NCBI GenBank assembly: GCA_041743505.1
Contig: JBGTMQ010000021.1
Location: forward strand, 521 to 64,520
Origin: Candidatus Saccharimonadia bacterium
GTDB taxonomy: Bacteria; Patescibacteriota; Saccharimonadia; UBA4664
DNA: 64,000 bases
Reading direction: 5' to 3'
Shown here: positions 38,714 through 50,013 of the stretch, one piece after another
Layout of the letters: each line of letters starts with the position of its first letter
How positions within the stretch are numbered: the first letter of the stretch is position 1
The notes under the pieces: generated by a model
What the model saw: the letters and a program-made list of their open reading frames with translations, nothing else
Databases searched by the model: none
Told to the model about the DNA's origin: nothing
Made by a program: the position numbers and the translations under genes

Positions 38714-39934
38714 TTAGTTTCTGAGGCTGGGCTTGTCCCAATCGAGGGTAATCGCTTCCGGAATGCTCACTTTGTGTGGGCTCATTAACAGAAGCCGATC
38801 AGTCTTTGTGGCTCGTCCAATATTATTCTTCCAAATGCGGCTAACTTTGACGCCAAGCGGCAACTCATCGGCAATAATACTATGAAGATACCACCCTTGA
38901 GGCTCGGCCGCTAGTTCCCAAACGGCTTTGGCAAGGTTAATATGTTCATCGTTGCGTCGAACATCTCCAATAACCAAGCAGACATAGCCATCATCAGCCA
39001 CAACTTCGCGCATTTGTAGCAAGAATGCGCTCATGAATTCGATGTAACGAGCCATGGAGCTACTTGCCATAAGGGTATCATCAACGGCCTTTGCCTCTTG
39101 GCCCAGAAGCCACAGCCGTACCCAGTTATATTTTCCATATTTTATAACCTCTAGGTACGGGGGGGAGGTTAATACCAATTTAACTTTCTCTTTGCGCAGC
39201 CAGGCGGGCGCAATGGCCGTGGCGTCTTGCTGCCAGCTCTTACCTCCGTGAATGGGCCGCTCAGGTAAATCAAATCTCTGGATTTTCAATCGCAGCATTT
39301 CAAAAACATTGACTTCAGGTTGAGTTAATCCGTGCTCCGATATATAGCGCCTAACATACGCTGGCGACATCGCGAACGTATTCGGCATACTTATGGAAAA
39401 GCCTCGCGCCTCACCGCTTTTAGTGTGGTTAGCATGCATCGTACCAAGTGCAGAGGCGAGTATGAAATTATCTACAAAGCTATTTACATTGAGCTCCGAT
39501 TTCATGAAGACGAGTTGGCGTAGGGTGTCGGCGCTATAAAGCATTGCGATATCCGGTGGCGTGTTAGAAATATCGACAGTAGCGTCTTTAAGTATGCTGA
39601 TTAAATTATCTAGCCGTTGGTTTAGTTGTTTTTGTGATGGAATATCAAGCTTTGCTTTCGTCAGTACTGTCGCCATCGGGTTTAGGTCACTCGCATAAGC
39701 TTTTCGGTCTAACATTATTGCTTCTAGCGCCGATGTCCCACGTCCCGAAAACGGGTCGTAAATTGTTTCGCCCTGGGATGTTAGCCAAGCAATAAGGTAA
39801 TGCGCTAACTGCGGTGGGAACATGGCGAAATAACTGCACATACTGTGTAATGGGTGGCCCCAGCGCCTTGGTACCACCCGCCAATTCATCGGAATGGCGT
39901 CTAGCGATACTTTTGACTCCAAAATTGTGCTCAT
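38714..39934 (-). CDS. DNA amino-methyltransferase (probably N4-cytosine; motif I precedes motif IV)
   Basis: YFAMFPP, DPFSGRGT, LTSPPY. Confidence 0.85.
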   Translation of the reverse strand: MSTILESKVSLDAIPMNWRVVPRRWGHPLHSMCSYFAMFPPQLAHYLIAWLTSQGETIYDPFSGRGTSALEAIMLDRKAYASDLNPMATVLTKAKLDIPSQKQLNQRLDNLISILKDATVDISNTPPDIAMLYSADTLRQLVFMKSELNVNSFVDNFILASALGTMHANHTKSGEARGFSISMPNTFAMSPAYVRRYISEHGLTQPEVNVFEMLRLKIQRFDLPERPIHGGKSWQQDATAIAPAWLRKEKVKLVLTSPPYLEVIKYGKYNWVRLWLLGQEAKAVDDTLMASSSMARYIEFMSAFLLQMREVVADDGYVCLVIGDVRRNDEHINLAKAVWELAAEPQGWYLHSIIADELPLGVKVSRIWKNNIGRATKTDRLLLMSPHKVSIPEAITLDWDKPSLRN

Positions 39935-39970
39935 GCTTGTATCTTCTTATACTGAGCTCGGGATAGCAAA

Positions 39971-40465
39971 TTACTCAATTATTGAGATCTCATACTTTAT
40001 GAGTGACCGAGGGTATGGCATTTGAGAGGTAATTCTATGTGTCATTTTCTCGTCTACGACAGCGATAATGTACATAGTGCTGCAAGCTGGCGGGAAAGCG
40101 GCGGCGGCATCAGGCGTTACCATAACTACTCTAGCCTCAGGTTCGTCAAGGGGATTCTCCGTGAATTGAAGCGTCTGCATATAAGCGATTTGTCGCGAGA
40201 ATTCGATAAGCTTCTCAGTGTCGCTATCGTTAGTTGCAGCGCGTTTTACAAGAATTTGATGCATCATTCGCCGCCATCGCTTCTCGACTAGCGCCAATAG
40301 CTCACCAGGCTTTCCGGCTACGACATATTCGGCCCCACCAAGCCGGTGGCGCATATATAGACGCTGGGCTATATCGCGAGCAATATTTTGTATGCCGAAT
40401 ATTTTGGGCCGTTCAAAGTAATTGCCAGGTTCATACTCCCCCTCCAGCGACTGGATTACTGTCAT
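39971..40465 (-). CDS. Hypothetical protein upstream of the MTase-HerA-NurA operon
   Basis: 164-aa ORF co-oriented with and 36 bp from the MTase. Confidence 0.6.
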   Translation of the reverse strand: MTVIQSLEGEYEPGNYFERPKIFGIQNIARDIAQRLYMRHRLGGAEYVVAGKPGELLALVEKRWRRMMHQILVKRAATNDSDTEKLIEFSRQIAYMQTLQFTENPLDEPEARVVMVTPDAAAAFPPACSTMYIIAVVDEKMTHRITSQMPYPRSLIKYEISIIE

Positions 40466-40481
40466 TATCTACTATTACTCT

Positions 40482-40533
40482 TACTAATAGTTCTCATCAA
40501 GAAAAGCGTAACATAATTATCCAACTATTAGTA
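40482..40533. promoter_or_regulatory. 11-bp perfect inverted repeat in a divergent promoter (candidate operator)
   Basis: TACTAATAGTT (40482-40492) / AACTATTAGTA (40523-40533). Confidence 0.5.
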
Positions 40534-40577
40534 TCACTAAGTGTTACTAAGACTAATAATTCTTTACGCTTGAGTTC

Positions 40578-40808
40578 ATGACGAGAGAAGCATCAGAATC
40601 TAGGTATTTGGCCGCTTTTGGTAAGCGAGTTGCAGAAGTTCGCCGCGACAAAGGCTTCACTCAAGAGTCGTTGGCCGAGAAAGCCGGCGTTACGGCGTTA
40701 ACGATCAGCTACATTGAGCAGGGCCGACAATGGCCGCGCATTGCAACGTTATACAAAATAGCAAATTCACTTGGCGTGGCCGTACAGGAGTTATTTCGCG
40801 GGATTTAA
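40578..40808 (+). CDS. XRE HTH regulator (controller-protein-like)
   Basis: FGKRVAEVRRDKGFTQESLAEKAG...ISYIEQG..P....L.KIA..LGV. Confidence 0.9.
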   Translation: MTREASESRYLAAFGKRVAEVRRDKGFTQESLAEKAGVTALTISYIEQGRQWPRIATLYKIANSLGVAVQELFRGI

Positions 40809-40830
40809 TCGGTGGCAAAACTAGGGTACT

Positions 40831-40854
40831 AAAAAACGGGCTTATGCCCGTTTT
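40831..40854. terminator. Bidirectional terminator
   Basis: aaaaaacgggc-ttat-gcccgtttt. Confidence 0.75.
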
Positions 40855-41026
40855 CGTTGATAGTTTTTCGCACCTAAAATTATACCTGCAAGTACTCAAG
40901 TTAGGTTCCCCGCTCACAACTATCTATCATTGTTATACCGCTTGTGCATCTAGCATACAACCCGGTAGATTTAGATGTTGGTATTTCAGGCGACGACAGG
41001 CACTAGCGCCATAGTCGGCCCGCAGG

Positions 41027-42265
41027 TTAGAGGTTCGCGCTAGCCTTGGTTTCAACGCCCGAAATTGATAGTAAATATTGGCGATCCTTCGTAAGACTCG
41101 ACTGCAAAAGTGCGAAACCTACCTTCCCGAATTCTGAGATAAGTTCGAGGGCCGTCATATGCCAAACACGGAGCAACAAAATTGTTGCACCTTTCTCAAG
41201 ATCAACCGTGCGTTCAGCCTTGCCAAAATCAAACTTGATAGTTATGGCGGATCTAAGCCTCACGCGGATGTAACGCATCCCTTGAACCGAGTCAAAGCCC
41301 ATCTCGACATCGTATAGCGACTCATCAATATTCATGAGTCCTAGAATATATTGGTGGCTCGGCGATAGCTTGTTCAGACCTGAGGTCGAATTGAAGTCGA
41401 AATATCTGCGTGCCGCTTCAGTGTCAGGCTTATCGGTGTACATAAGCAAATCGTTATCGCTCATGCTTCCATATACTGGCTTGAGCACATCGTTAAACGA
41501 TCTGAAATTAACAGGCGTGCCGCCGAGCAAGAGGATGAGATTGGTCGTCTCCCTCGCATCATCGTCTAACATGTCGTCTACTAAGAGATCGTCGAAGCGC
41601 TCGTAAGAAATGTCGCGCACATATCCCTCAAAATTGACCTTATCGCCGTACCATTCTATAAGGTTGCGCTTCGCCACTGAGATCATGGAGGGACTTATAT
41701 CGATTGCGATATACCTATGAAGAATCTGTTTATCAATGAGATGCCCCAGTAACTCCTTGATGGGGTACGCGTTGCCCACGCCAAGATCGATAACATTGAC
41801 CCTTTTACTCCCCTCAAGTAGCTTATCAATTGCCGCCATATTTGAGCGGATAAGTTCAACTGTACCTTTAAGGATATTGGACGACTCTTCTTGCGCTAGT
41901 CTTTTGAGCCAATTATCCCAATTGATCGCACCGTCTTTCAGATAATTGTACTGACGCGGAATCTCCCCGTGGACATTGAGGCTTGTGATAATATCTAAAA
42001 TTTGGCGGCGGCTGTATATGTCGTAGAACTCAGGCTTCGGTCGAATTATCTTATGATAAAGCGTATTTCGGTACTTCTTGCCCTTTTCAGACAGCTGTTT
42101 GAGAACCAGTATATTCTCGGGCGTATTTGCTATATAGGTACGGTTGTCCGTCTTGTGTAGCTTCAACGCTACCTTGCCCTGTTTCGCTGCATCTATCCAG
42201 TTATGAACTGTTTTTAAGGAAACATGGTAAATGTCAGTCAATTCGGAATGTTTAAAGTGTTGCAT
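41027..42265 (-). CDS. N-terminal HTH fused to an EgtD-like SAM-dependent methyltransferase
   Basis: HSELTDIYHVSLKTVHNWI (HTH); GEIPRQYNY..G, VIDLGVGN, YIAIDIS, LLLGGT..NF. Confidence 0.65.
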   Translation of the reverse strand: MQHFKHSELTDIYHVSLKTVHNWIDAAKQGKVALKLHKTDNRTYIANTPENILVLKQLSEKGKKYRNTLYHKIIRPKPEFYDIYSRRQILDIITSLNVHGEIPRQYNYLKDGAINWDNWLKRLAQEESSNILKGTVELIRSNMAAIDKLLEGSKRVNVIDLGVGNAYPIKELLGHLIDKQILHRYIAIDISPSMISVAKRNLIEWYGDKVNFEGYVRDISYERFDDLLVDDMLDDDARETTNLILLLGGTPVNFRSFNDVLKPVYGSMSDNDLLMYTDKPDTEAARRYFDFNSTSGLNKLSPSHQYILGLMNIDESLYDVEMGFDSVQGMRYIRVRLRSAITIKFDFGKAERTVDLEKGATILLLRVWHMTALELISEFGKVGFALLQSSLTKDRQYLLSISGVETKASANL

Positions 42266-42312
42266 TTGTAATATGTAACATCAAAACAGCATAGTGCTGC
42301 TTATCCTGATCC

Positions 42313-42864
42313 TTATTTTATATAACCGAGGTCCCGAGCCGAATGCCACGCGATTAAGAGGGATGGGTCAATTATCTCTTGCTTGCGGATCATTTCGTCG
42401 AGCTTTTGGACGGGCACAAGCACCTTCTCAACAACCTCAGATGGGTCATCTAGTTTCAGCTCCGAGACCTCAAAGTCGTCGCAATAAAAAAGGTGAGCAG
42501 CCCAGTCCGCACGGCCCGGGTTTGGGTAGAAGCTAGCAAGCTTGACTAGTGACTTTGGTCGAATTCCAACCTCCTCCCGGCATTCGCGGATTGCAGCCTC
42601 CTGGATATCTTCGTTCGCAGGAGAACCGCCCCCAGGAAGGTCATAAATCCATCGGTTTAAGGGGAACCGGAACTGATGTGTCAGTACGATCTGATTGTCC
42701 GGCGTCTTAATGAGCACTGCGACTGCTTTCCCGTCTGAATGTTCAACTTCATACTTAGTGTGTTCGCCATTTGCTAGAACAGCCTCATGCTCGACGACAT
42801 GAAGTCGACCTTTGTAGGCAGTCTTTTCACTCAATCGTTGCCATACGGGGTATCTGTCAGCCAT
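42313..42864 (-). CDS. NUDIX hydrolase (ADP-ribose pyrophosphatase-like)
   Basis: QFRFP, LPGGG...EAAIRECREEVG, FYPNPG. Confidence 0.9.
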   Translation of the reverse strand: MADRYPVWQRLSEKTAYKGRLHVVEHEAVLANGEHTKYEVEHSDGKAVAVLIKTPDNQIVLTHQFRFPLNRWIYDLPGGGSPANEDIQEAAIRECREEVGIRPKSLVKLASFYPNPGRADWAAHLFYCDDFEVSELKLDDPSEVVEKVLVPVQKLDEMIRKQEIIDPSLLIAWHSARDLGYIK

Positions 42865-43023
42865 TGTATTCTTCCATCGCGTATTATGTGATAGGTAGAT
42901 TATAGCAAAAACAAGATGTTACACAAATAAAGTGTATGTTACTTTGAGGATGACATTGCTCAATGCTATAGTGGCACCGGGCAAATTTCTCAATCCCCGT
43001 TCGCACCTTGAAGGAGCACAGTC

Positions 43024-43839
43024 ATGCTCAATGTGTTCAAGCCCGCTGACGTCACCGTCTTCTTGCCAGTAGGCGGACGTGCTACGCGTGCGCTGGAAGT
43101 AACGGCTGACACTATACCTAAGCACCTCATCATGCTCGGCAATGGCCTCCCGATTCTCGAAGTTGCGTGCAGGCAGCTCCAGCTCGTCGGCTTCCGCCGG
43201 TTCGTCTTCTGCACCGGGCACCACCAGGAGCAGATCGCGAACTTCGTACGAGAGGGACTGTGGGTGAGCCATGAAAACGTGGACTATGAAATATCAGTCG
43301 AGTTCGAACCACTCGGCCCGGAAGGTGCCATTTTGGCCGCCATCCGTGACTTCGGCATCACTGGTCAGGCGATGTTTATTGCTGGTGACGTCATGGTCCC
43401 GTGGGATGCGCTCGTCACCATGAACGAGCGACACGCCAGCAGACAGGCCGACATCACTGTTGGTCTCACTAGCTACATCACGGAGCGCACAACAGACGTC
43501 GGCAAGATCATTGTTGATCCCGAGGACGGTCGAGTTGTGCGCGTCCATGGACGCACCGAGAAGTCGGTTTGTGGCGACGATGAGCAGGCACTTACTAGCG
43601 CCGGCCTATCTGTTGTTTCAATTCCTCGCTACAGCGAGCTCTGCAGTGAGTACGAAACGTCCCGTGGGCTGGGCGACAAAAAGCCCTTTGGCCTACGCGA
43701 CGATGTTTTGCCGTGGGCGCTCAGGAAAGGCAAGCTCGGCATCTACGGCCACGATCTTCACGGTGAGGTGCTCGATCTGGGCACTCCCGAGAACATTCGC
43801 TATGGACAGGAGAACTGGAGTGAGTATGTACTCGACTAG
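43024..43839 (+). CDS. Sugar-phosphate nucleotidyltransferase
   Basis: LPVGGRATR..IPKHL, E..PLG..GA, GDV, DLGTPE. Confidence 0.85.
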   Translation: MLNVFKPADVTVFLPVGGRATRALEVTADTIPKHLIMLGNGLPILEVACRQLQLVGFRRFVFCTGHHQEQIANFVREGLWVSHENVDYEISVEFEPLGPEGAILAAIRDFGITGQAMFIAGDVMVPWDALVTMNERHASRQADITVGLTSYITERTTDVGKIIVDPEDGRVVRVHGRTEKSVCGDDEQALTSAGLSVVSIPRYSELCSEYETSRGLGDKKPFGLRDDVLPWALRKGKLGIYGHDLHGEVLDLGTPENIRYGQENWSEYVLD

Positions 43840-45127
43840 GAGAAGGCCCCGAATGCTTTTTAGTTTCTGGGACGGAGGGCGAGGACACTTCACACGCGAA
43901 ATGACGCTCGCAGCCGAAGCCCACCGGCGAGGTTCGGTGGTAGGCTTCATAACCTCAACTCGCTACGCCGATGAGATCAGGAAGCGTATACCGGAAGCTA
44001 CGGTGTATGTCATCCCGACGCGGCCTCCGCACGTCGGTCCGCCTCCGTACCCGTTCCCGCTGTACTCGCACGCTTTCGGGCATGCGCAGAGGCTTAGGGG
44101 CCTGGGATTCGATAATGTGTCCTGGATCCAGGACACTACCGAACAGGAAATCGAGGCTATCCGACAGTTCCGTCCTGATGTCATGGTCAACGACTACCGC
44201 GACACCGTCAGGACGGCCGCCGAGGTCTGCAGGATTCCGCTGGTCGGCGTCGCTGAAACTACCGGCAACGCTAATGGCCGGAAACTCGGTTGGTGGGTAG
44301 CGCCGCCAGAGGGCACGATCCTGCCGGACTGCCGTTCCAGCTTCAATCAGGTGCGGGAGCGTTTTGGCCTGAATCCCATCAGGGACGAGCGTGAGATGTT
44401 CAATGGGGATATCAACATCATCCCCAGCTCTCCGACGCTAGACCCACTGGTTGCACCTTCGCCCAACTCTTACTACGTTGGGCGAATCTGCCAGTGGGTA
44501 CCCGAGGGTGAGAACGTGCCGTATATCGCGCCAGACAAGAGTCGGCGACGCATATATAGCTATGTGGGCGATCCGACACGCCAGGCGTACGGATACGAGC
44601 AAATGCTGGCTGAAGTCATCCGACGCGAGCCCCGCCAAGGGTTCTACATTGCCGGCAACACCGGCCGCTATAACGGAAAGCTCGCGTCACGAGTCAAGGA
44701 CGGAACGGTCGTACTGGAGGACTTTCTTCCTGCCGACCCCCTTATCCGCGACTCGGATGCCGTCCTCTGTCATGGAGGACAAGGAACGGTCATGCAGGCA
44801 CTTGTCCTGGGTAAGCCGCTCATCTGCATCGGGCCGTACCACAGCCAGATGACCTCCATCTTCCGCCCTCTCGAAGAAGCGGGGGCAGGTGTGATGCTGA
44901 ACTATTCGGAAGAGCCTCTTGAGCGCCGACCGGCACCTGACCTCGGCGATGGGGTGGAAATCTTCGGCTACTGGCGTACCGATCTCAGCGCCGATCGTCT
45001 CCATGAAGCCCTGCTGGATGTCTGCAACAATCCGCAGTACGCCGAACGTGCTACCGCTCTCGGTTTAGAGCTTGCGGCACTAGGCGGGGTCGCACAGGCC
45101 GTGGATCTGTGCGAAAGCTTGGCCTAA
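43826..45127 (+). CDS. GT-B glycosyltransferase (GT1/GT28-like)
   Basis: GRGHFTR, RPDVMVND, FLPADPLI...LCHGGQGT..QAL..GKP; start 43826 or 43853. Confidence 0.85.
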   Translation: MYSTRRRPRMLFSFWDGGRGHFTREMTLAAEAHRRGSVVGFITSTRYADEIRKRIPEATVYVIPTRPPHVGPPPYPFPLYSHAFGHAQRLRGLGFDNVSWIQDTTEQEIEAIRQFRPDVMVNDYRDTVRTAAEVCRIPLVGVAETTGNANGRKLGWWVAPPEGTILPDCRSSFNQVRERFGLNPIRDEREMFNGDINIIPSSPTLDPLVAPSPNSYYVGRICQWVPEGENVPYIAPDKSRRRIYSYVGDPTRQAYGYEQMLAEVIRREPRQGFYIAGNTGRYNGKLASRVKDGTVVLEDFLPADPLIRDSDAVLCHGGQGTVMQALVLGKPLICIGPYHSQMTSIFRPLEEAGAGVMLNYSEEPLERRPAPDLGDGVEIFGYWRTDLSADRLHEALLDVCNNPQYAERATALGLELAALGGVAQAVDLCESLA

Positions 45128-45271
45128 GCATAAAACGGGCCGCACGGCTCCGCTCCTGTACACCCGGGAGCGGAGCCAGCTTCATTCGTATAAGTAATTA
45201 TTTTGTAATTCATTGTAGAAGTAGGTGGGGTTGCGTGTACACACAACCCCACCCTGGCCCCATCGACGTAA

Positions 45272-46492
<1,221 letters not shown>

Positions 46493-46519
46493 TTATATCC
46501 AGCACAGGCAGCTTTTATT

Positions 46520-47521
46520 ATGACAGATCTTACCTCCGAAATTGATTTACTTCATAAAACCATCAAAGATCATACTTTTTATTTGGGCCCTATAGAGATT
46601 GAGCATATCGGCAACCAGGGCTATGCCGTCCACTTAACTCGACACCCTGTTATTCATGCGGCCGAGTGGATATTTTATGATCTTGACGATACATTAGTCG
46701 CTTCCTGGGAGGCAAAAGAGCGTCGTATTGGAAACTTTATTACATATTGCCGCTCACAAGGTCTGGAATTGAAGGAGAAGGATCTCCTACTGATATTTCA
46801 GGCGACCGATGAGTATGCTCGGTGGCCAGAGCGCGAAGAAACAATCTACCATTTTCAGGCGCACGTTAACGGGCTAGGCGCAGCCATTGAACTCGTTGTG
46901 TCCAACCAGTCCAGAGAGTTCTCGGATTTGTTCGCCCTCATTCAAGAATATCTAAATAATAATCCTCACGGGAAGCTGCCTCATACGCCACATGCACATG
47001 CATATTCTAACGACCTGATGAGTAAAGTCTTCCATGTCGTTGTTCGCCCTAATATTTTCACGGAAGTTGCTGAATCAATCTCAACACTTCGTGCAAGGGG
47101 AAGGAACATAGGAATCTTTACATATGGAGAGCCACATTTTCAATTACTTAAAACACTTACGCTGCTCCGGGCATATAAACATGAGTCTAAATCAATCGAC
47201 GTCTCCCAAATTTGGCTAACTAAAACAACTAAGGGGGCTTTCATGCAGACAATGGCACAAAAGATGGATGATGTTCGGGCTCGTAAAATACTACTTATTG
47301 ATGACAATCCAGCTGAACTCAATAGTGTCATGGCCGGCATGCGCGATAAAAAAATTGATATAGCCGTAATGAGATCCTTGCGGCATGGCACTAAGACTAC
47401 CGATCATTCATGGAATCATGAGCTTGAAGGTCATCACATTTTTGACGCGAGAACAACGTCCGTATCTACCGATGAGTTCGTCATGCATATTGAACAAGCT
47501 TCAGAACCTACGCGCTCATAA
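46520..47521 (+). CDS. HAD-superfamily hydrolase
   Basis: FYDLDDTL, IFTYG...Q..K, LIDDN. Confidence 0.7.
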   Translation: MTDLTSEIDLLHKTIKDHTFYLGPIEIEHIGNQGYAVHLTRHPVIHAAEWIFYDLDDTLVASWEAKERRIGNFITYCRSQGLELKEKDLLLIFQATDEYARWPEREETIYHFQAHVNGLGAAIELVVSNQSREFSDLFALIQEYLNNNPHGKLPHTPHAHAYSNDLMSKVFHVVVRPNIFTEVAESISTLRARGRNIGIFTYGEPHFQLLKTLTLLRAYKHESKSIDVSQIWLTKTTKGAFMQTMAQKMDDVRARKILLIDDNPAELNSVMAGMRDKKIDIAVMRSLRHGTKTTDHSWNHELEGHHIFDARTTSVSTDEFVMHIEQASEPTRS

Positions 47522-48602
47522 CTACCTCCTGGCGCAAGGGATAATCAACCAAAGCCATCAGCTCGTCGAAAAGTTCGACACTGCGTAAAAACAAAGCAAT
47601 CGTCTCCTCCGTTGCGCCGGCATGATGTGGCAGCATTGTGACAAAATGCAGCGCTTCAGCGTAAAGCCCTCGGATATACTCATCTTCCGTAATCTGCTCA
47701 CGCACTCCGTTCAGGGCAGTCTCGTACGCCTTTGGGCCGTGTACTGAGAACGAGAAAGTGTATGGGAGCGACGCATCCTCAATCAAGGTGTATGCGCCTC
47801 GCATAATCGATCCGTAATGACCGTGTATGCTGTGAAGAATCTTGCCGATGTCATATTCCATCGGCATTACCAAATTTCCATTTGGGTCTATAAGAATCAC
47901 CTCGTCACCTTTTGTCAGGATGTTTCCGCAATGTAAATCACCATGGACCAGACCAAGCCTAGTAGGAGTGAGGCGGTCTAGCAGATACGGTGTTGTTTTT
48001 ATACTCTCGACTACGACGTCTGGAGTAGAAAGCTTTCTCCCGTTTATGGTAACGAAAGTCTGTGTGAATAGATTTTTTAGGTATGGTATTGCATCGGCTT
48101 CCTGTCGACGTTTTTCATATTTTTCCATATAGAAAGCGTTCACCCGATCAGGTGTCGCATCAATATTTGTCTCGTCAAATAGCCCCCGATCCAAGTCGAT
48201 CGCTCGACGCACCAATCTTGCTACGAGCCCCGGATCAACTTCATCGATTAAGGCGAGCTCGTCGACCGTTGAAGAGCCATCCACATATTTTATTAGCAGA
48301 GCGGCATACGAATTAGCGATATAGCTGCCGACGTACTCGCCGCCGGATTGAAAGCCTCGCTGCTTAATATGCTCGTACCAAGCGATTTCTTTATGTGTAG
48401 CCGTACCAAAACCAAACTCCGCTTTTAGAAGTAATCTGGTCCCTGGCTCCTCCTTGTAGATAAAAATAAGTGACGCGGTATTGTGTGTGTCAATGATACG
48501 TTCAAGCTTATCGCTCAATATGCTACTTATAATTTCAGTAAGACTCTTGCGTGAGGACGGCTGGATGTTTGCAAGGCGAGTAAGAATATGAGAAGTAGAC
48601 AT
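47508..48602 (-). CDS. APH/choline-kinase-like phosphotransferase
   Basis: LLLKAE, HGDLHCGNI, IDP, YDIGK. Confidence 0.8.
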   Translation of the reverse strand: MSTSHILTRLANIQPSSRKSLTEIISSILSDKLERIIDTHNTASLIFIYKEEPGTRLLLKAEFGFGTATHKEIAWYEHIKQRGFQSGGEYVGSYIANSYAALLIKYVDGSSTVDELALIDEVDPGLVARLVRRAIDLDRGLFDETNIDATPDRVNAFYMEKYEKRRQEADAIPYLKNLFTQTFVTINGRKLSTPDVVVESIKTTPYLLDRLTPTRLGLVHGDLHCGNILTKGDEVILIDPNGNLVMPMEYDIGKILHSIHGHYGSIMRGAYTLIEDASLPYTFSFSVHGPKAYETALNGVREQITEDEYIRGLYAEALHFVTMLPHHAGATEETIALFLRSVELFDELMALVDYPLRQEVVMSA

Positions 48603-48730
48603 ACTTAGGTCTGTGATTATCGACCTAATGTTACCATATTAATCATGTAACGTATGATAATATGCTTGAGTGGCACGCTCGTAAAATCATCAAATAAAGC
48701 GTATTCAAAAACATACGCTGAGGGATATTT

Positions 48731-49438
48731 ATGCTTCTTTTCCTAGACACCGCAAATTTAGACGAAATCAGAAATTACGCTTTTCTGCTCCACGGCGTTA
48801 CGACAACGCCAACTATCATCAAGCGCGATAGCGACATGACAAGCGACGAATTCATGGCGGCGGTCAGGAAAGAATTCCCTCATCTTGAAGTTCACGTTGA
48901 AGCCCTAGCTGAGACCGCAGAAGCCACTGAGAAGCTTATAGTTGATGAATTTTGCAAGAAACCCTGGTATGACAAAGATAAGGTGGTCTTTAAAGTGCCT
49001 GTCTCCGTAGAGGGGTTAAAGGCTACTGCTAACTTAGCTAAAAGTGCACCTAGCGTAAGAATTAATTTGCATATGGTATTTGCTGCCGGGCAAGCGATAC
49101 TTGCAATGAAAGCGAAACCGGCTTACATTGCGCCCCTCATAGGCCGATATGCTGACAGGATCGCCGAGCTACGAAGTAACGGTCGACGCTCAGCGGCAAA
49201 CGATGCTGGTCTTGATATGCTTGGGGAAGTTGTGGCATGCAAGGAATCTCTTGGTAGCGATACACATATTCTCACGTCCTCCATTCGGTCAGTTCATGAC
49301 TTTGCGGAGGCGATCAAGCTAGGGGCCGATGCGGCTACACTTCCTCCCGCAATCATGAGTGAGGCACTTGGGCATCCAATGACGGCTGAGGGCGTAGAGG
49401 TATTCTGGAAAGATCTTCAGAAATTAGGCGAAGCTTAA
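48731..49438 (+). CDS. Transaldolase / fructose-6-phosphate aldolase family
   Basis: FLDTANLDEI, GVTTTP, FKVP...EGL, APLIGR, SIRS, HPMT..G. Confidence 0.9.
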   Translation: MLLFLDTANLDEIRNYAFLLHGVTTTPTIIKRDSDMTSDEFMAAVRKEFPHLEVHVEALAETAEATEKLIVDEFCKKPWYDKDKVVFKVPVSVEGLKATANLAKSAPSVRINLHMVFAAGQAILAMKAKPAYIAPLIGRYADRIAELRSNGRRSAANDAGLDMLGEVVACKESLGSDTHILTSSIRSVHDFAEAIKLGADAATLPPAIMSEALGHPMTAEGVEVFWKDLQKLGEA

Positions 49439-49521
49439 GACCCTGCGAGCCCGGTGGCAACGGTGAGCTTGCCGGCTGCTGGAAGTCTATAGATAAATAC
49501 GAGTGTCATGTTTTTGTTTAC

Positions 49522-49923
49522 TTACTTGCCTTCATATGCGACTTCGATTTTAATCCTATCGGGGTCTTCAAAATAAACGGCGTAGTAACCTTCGGCGTAT
49601 TCCGGATAAGACTTCGCGCCGCCATAGAGCGCCGGGATGCCACGGGGCTGCAGATATTCTTCTACAAACGTATCAACTGCTTCGGGAGATGAGACACCAA
49701 ACGAGATGTGGTTTAAGCCGGTGTGCTTACGATGAAATGGCGGCTCCTGATAGTCCGGCTTTGTAACCGAGAAGCAAAGAAAGGTGTGGCCGTCGCTGGC
49801 ATCGAAATGATTGCCATCGAGCTTGAGCGTAAAGTTCAGATAGGTCATGAGATCCTTCCAAAAGGGGAAGGATCTTTCTTCGCTGGAGAGGTTGATGCCG
49901 ATATGGCCAAGAGTAGCTTTCAT
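49522..49923 (-). CDS. VOC/glyoxalase family protein
   Basis: GHIGIN, GLNHISF, YYAVYFEDPDRIKIE. Confidence 0.88.
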   Translation of the reverse strand: MKATLGHIGINLSSEERSFPFWKDLMTYLNFTLKLDGNHFDASDGHTFLCFSVTKPDYQEPPFHRKHTGLNHISFGVSSPEAVDTFVEEYLQPRGIPALYGGAKSYPEYAEGYYAVYFEDPDRIKIEVAYEGK

Positions 49924-50013
49924 GTCCTGTATCTTATCAATCAAAAGCACTCCCTGGAAGGAGCGCTTTTCGATGCATTCATTCGTTAAGGTGTCGAGTG
50001 GTAAGCTATGCGC

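Noticed and set aside
41027-42265. Ergothioneine biosynthesis locus
   Set aside because: Only an EgtD-like domain is present; no egtB, egtC or egtE in the window.
43460-43825. 555-aa version of the glycosyltransferase ORF
   Set aside because: The extension overlaps the nucleotidyltransferase in another frame and looks non-protein-like; GT motifs begin after 43826.
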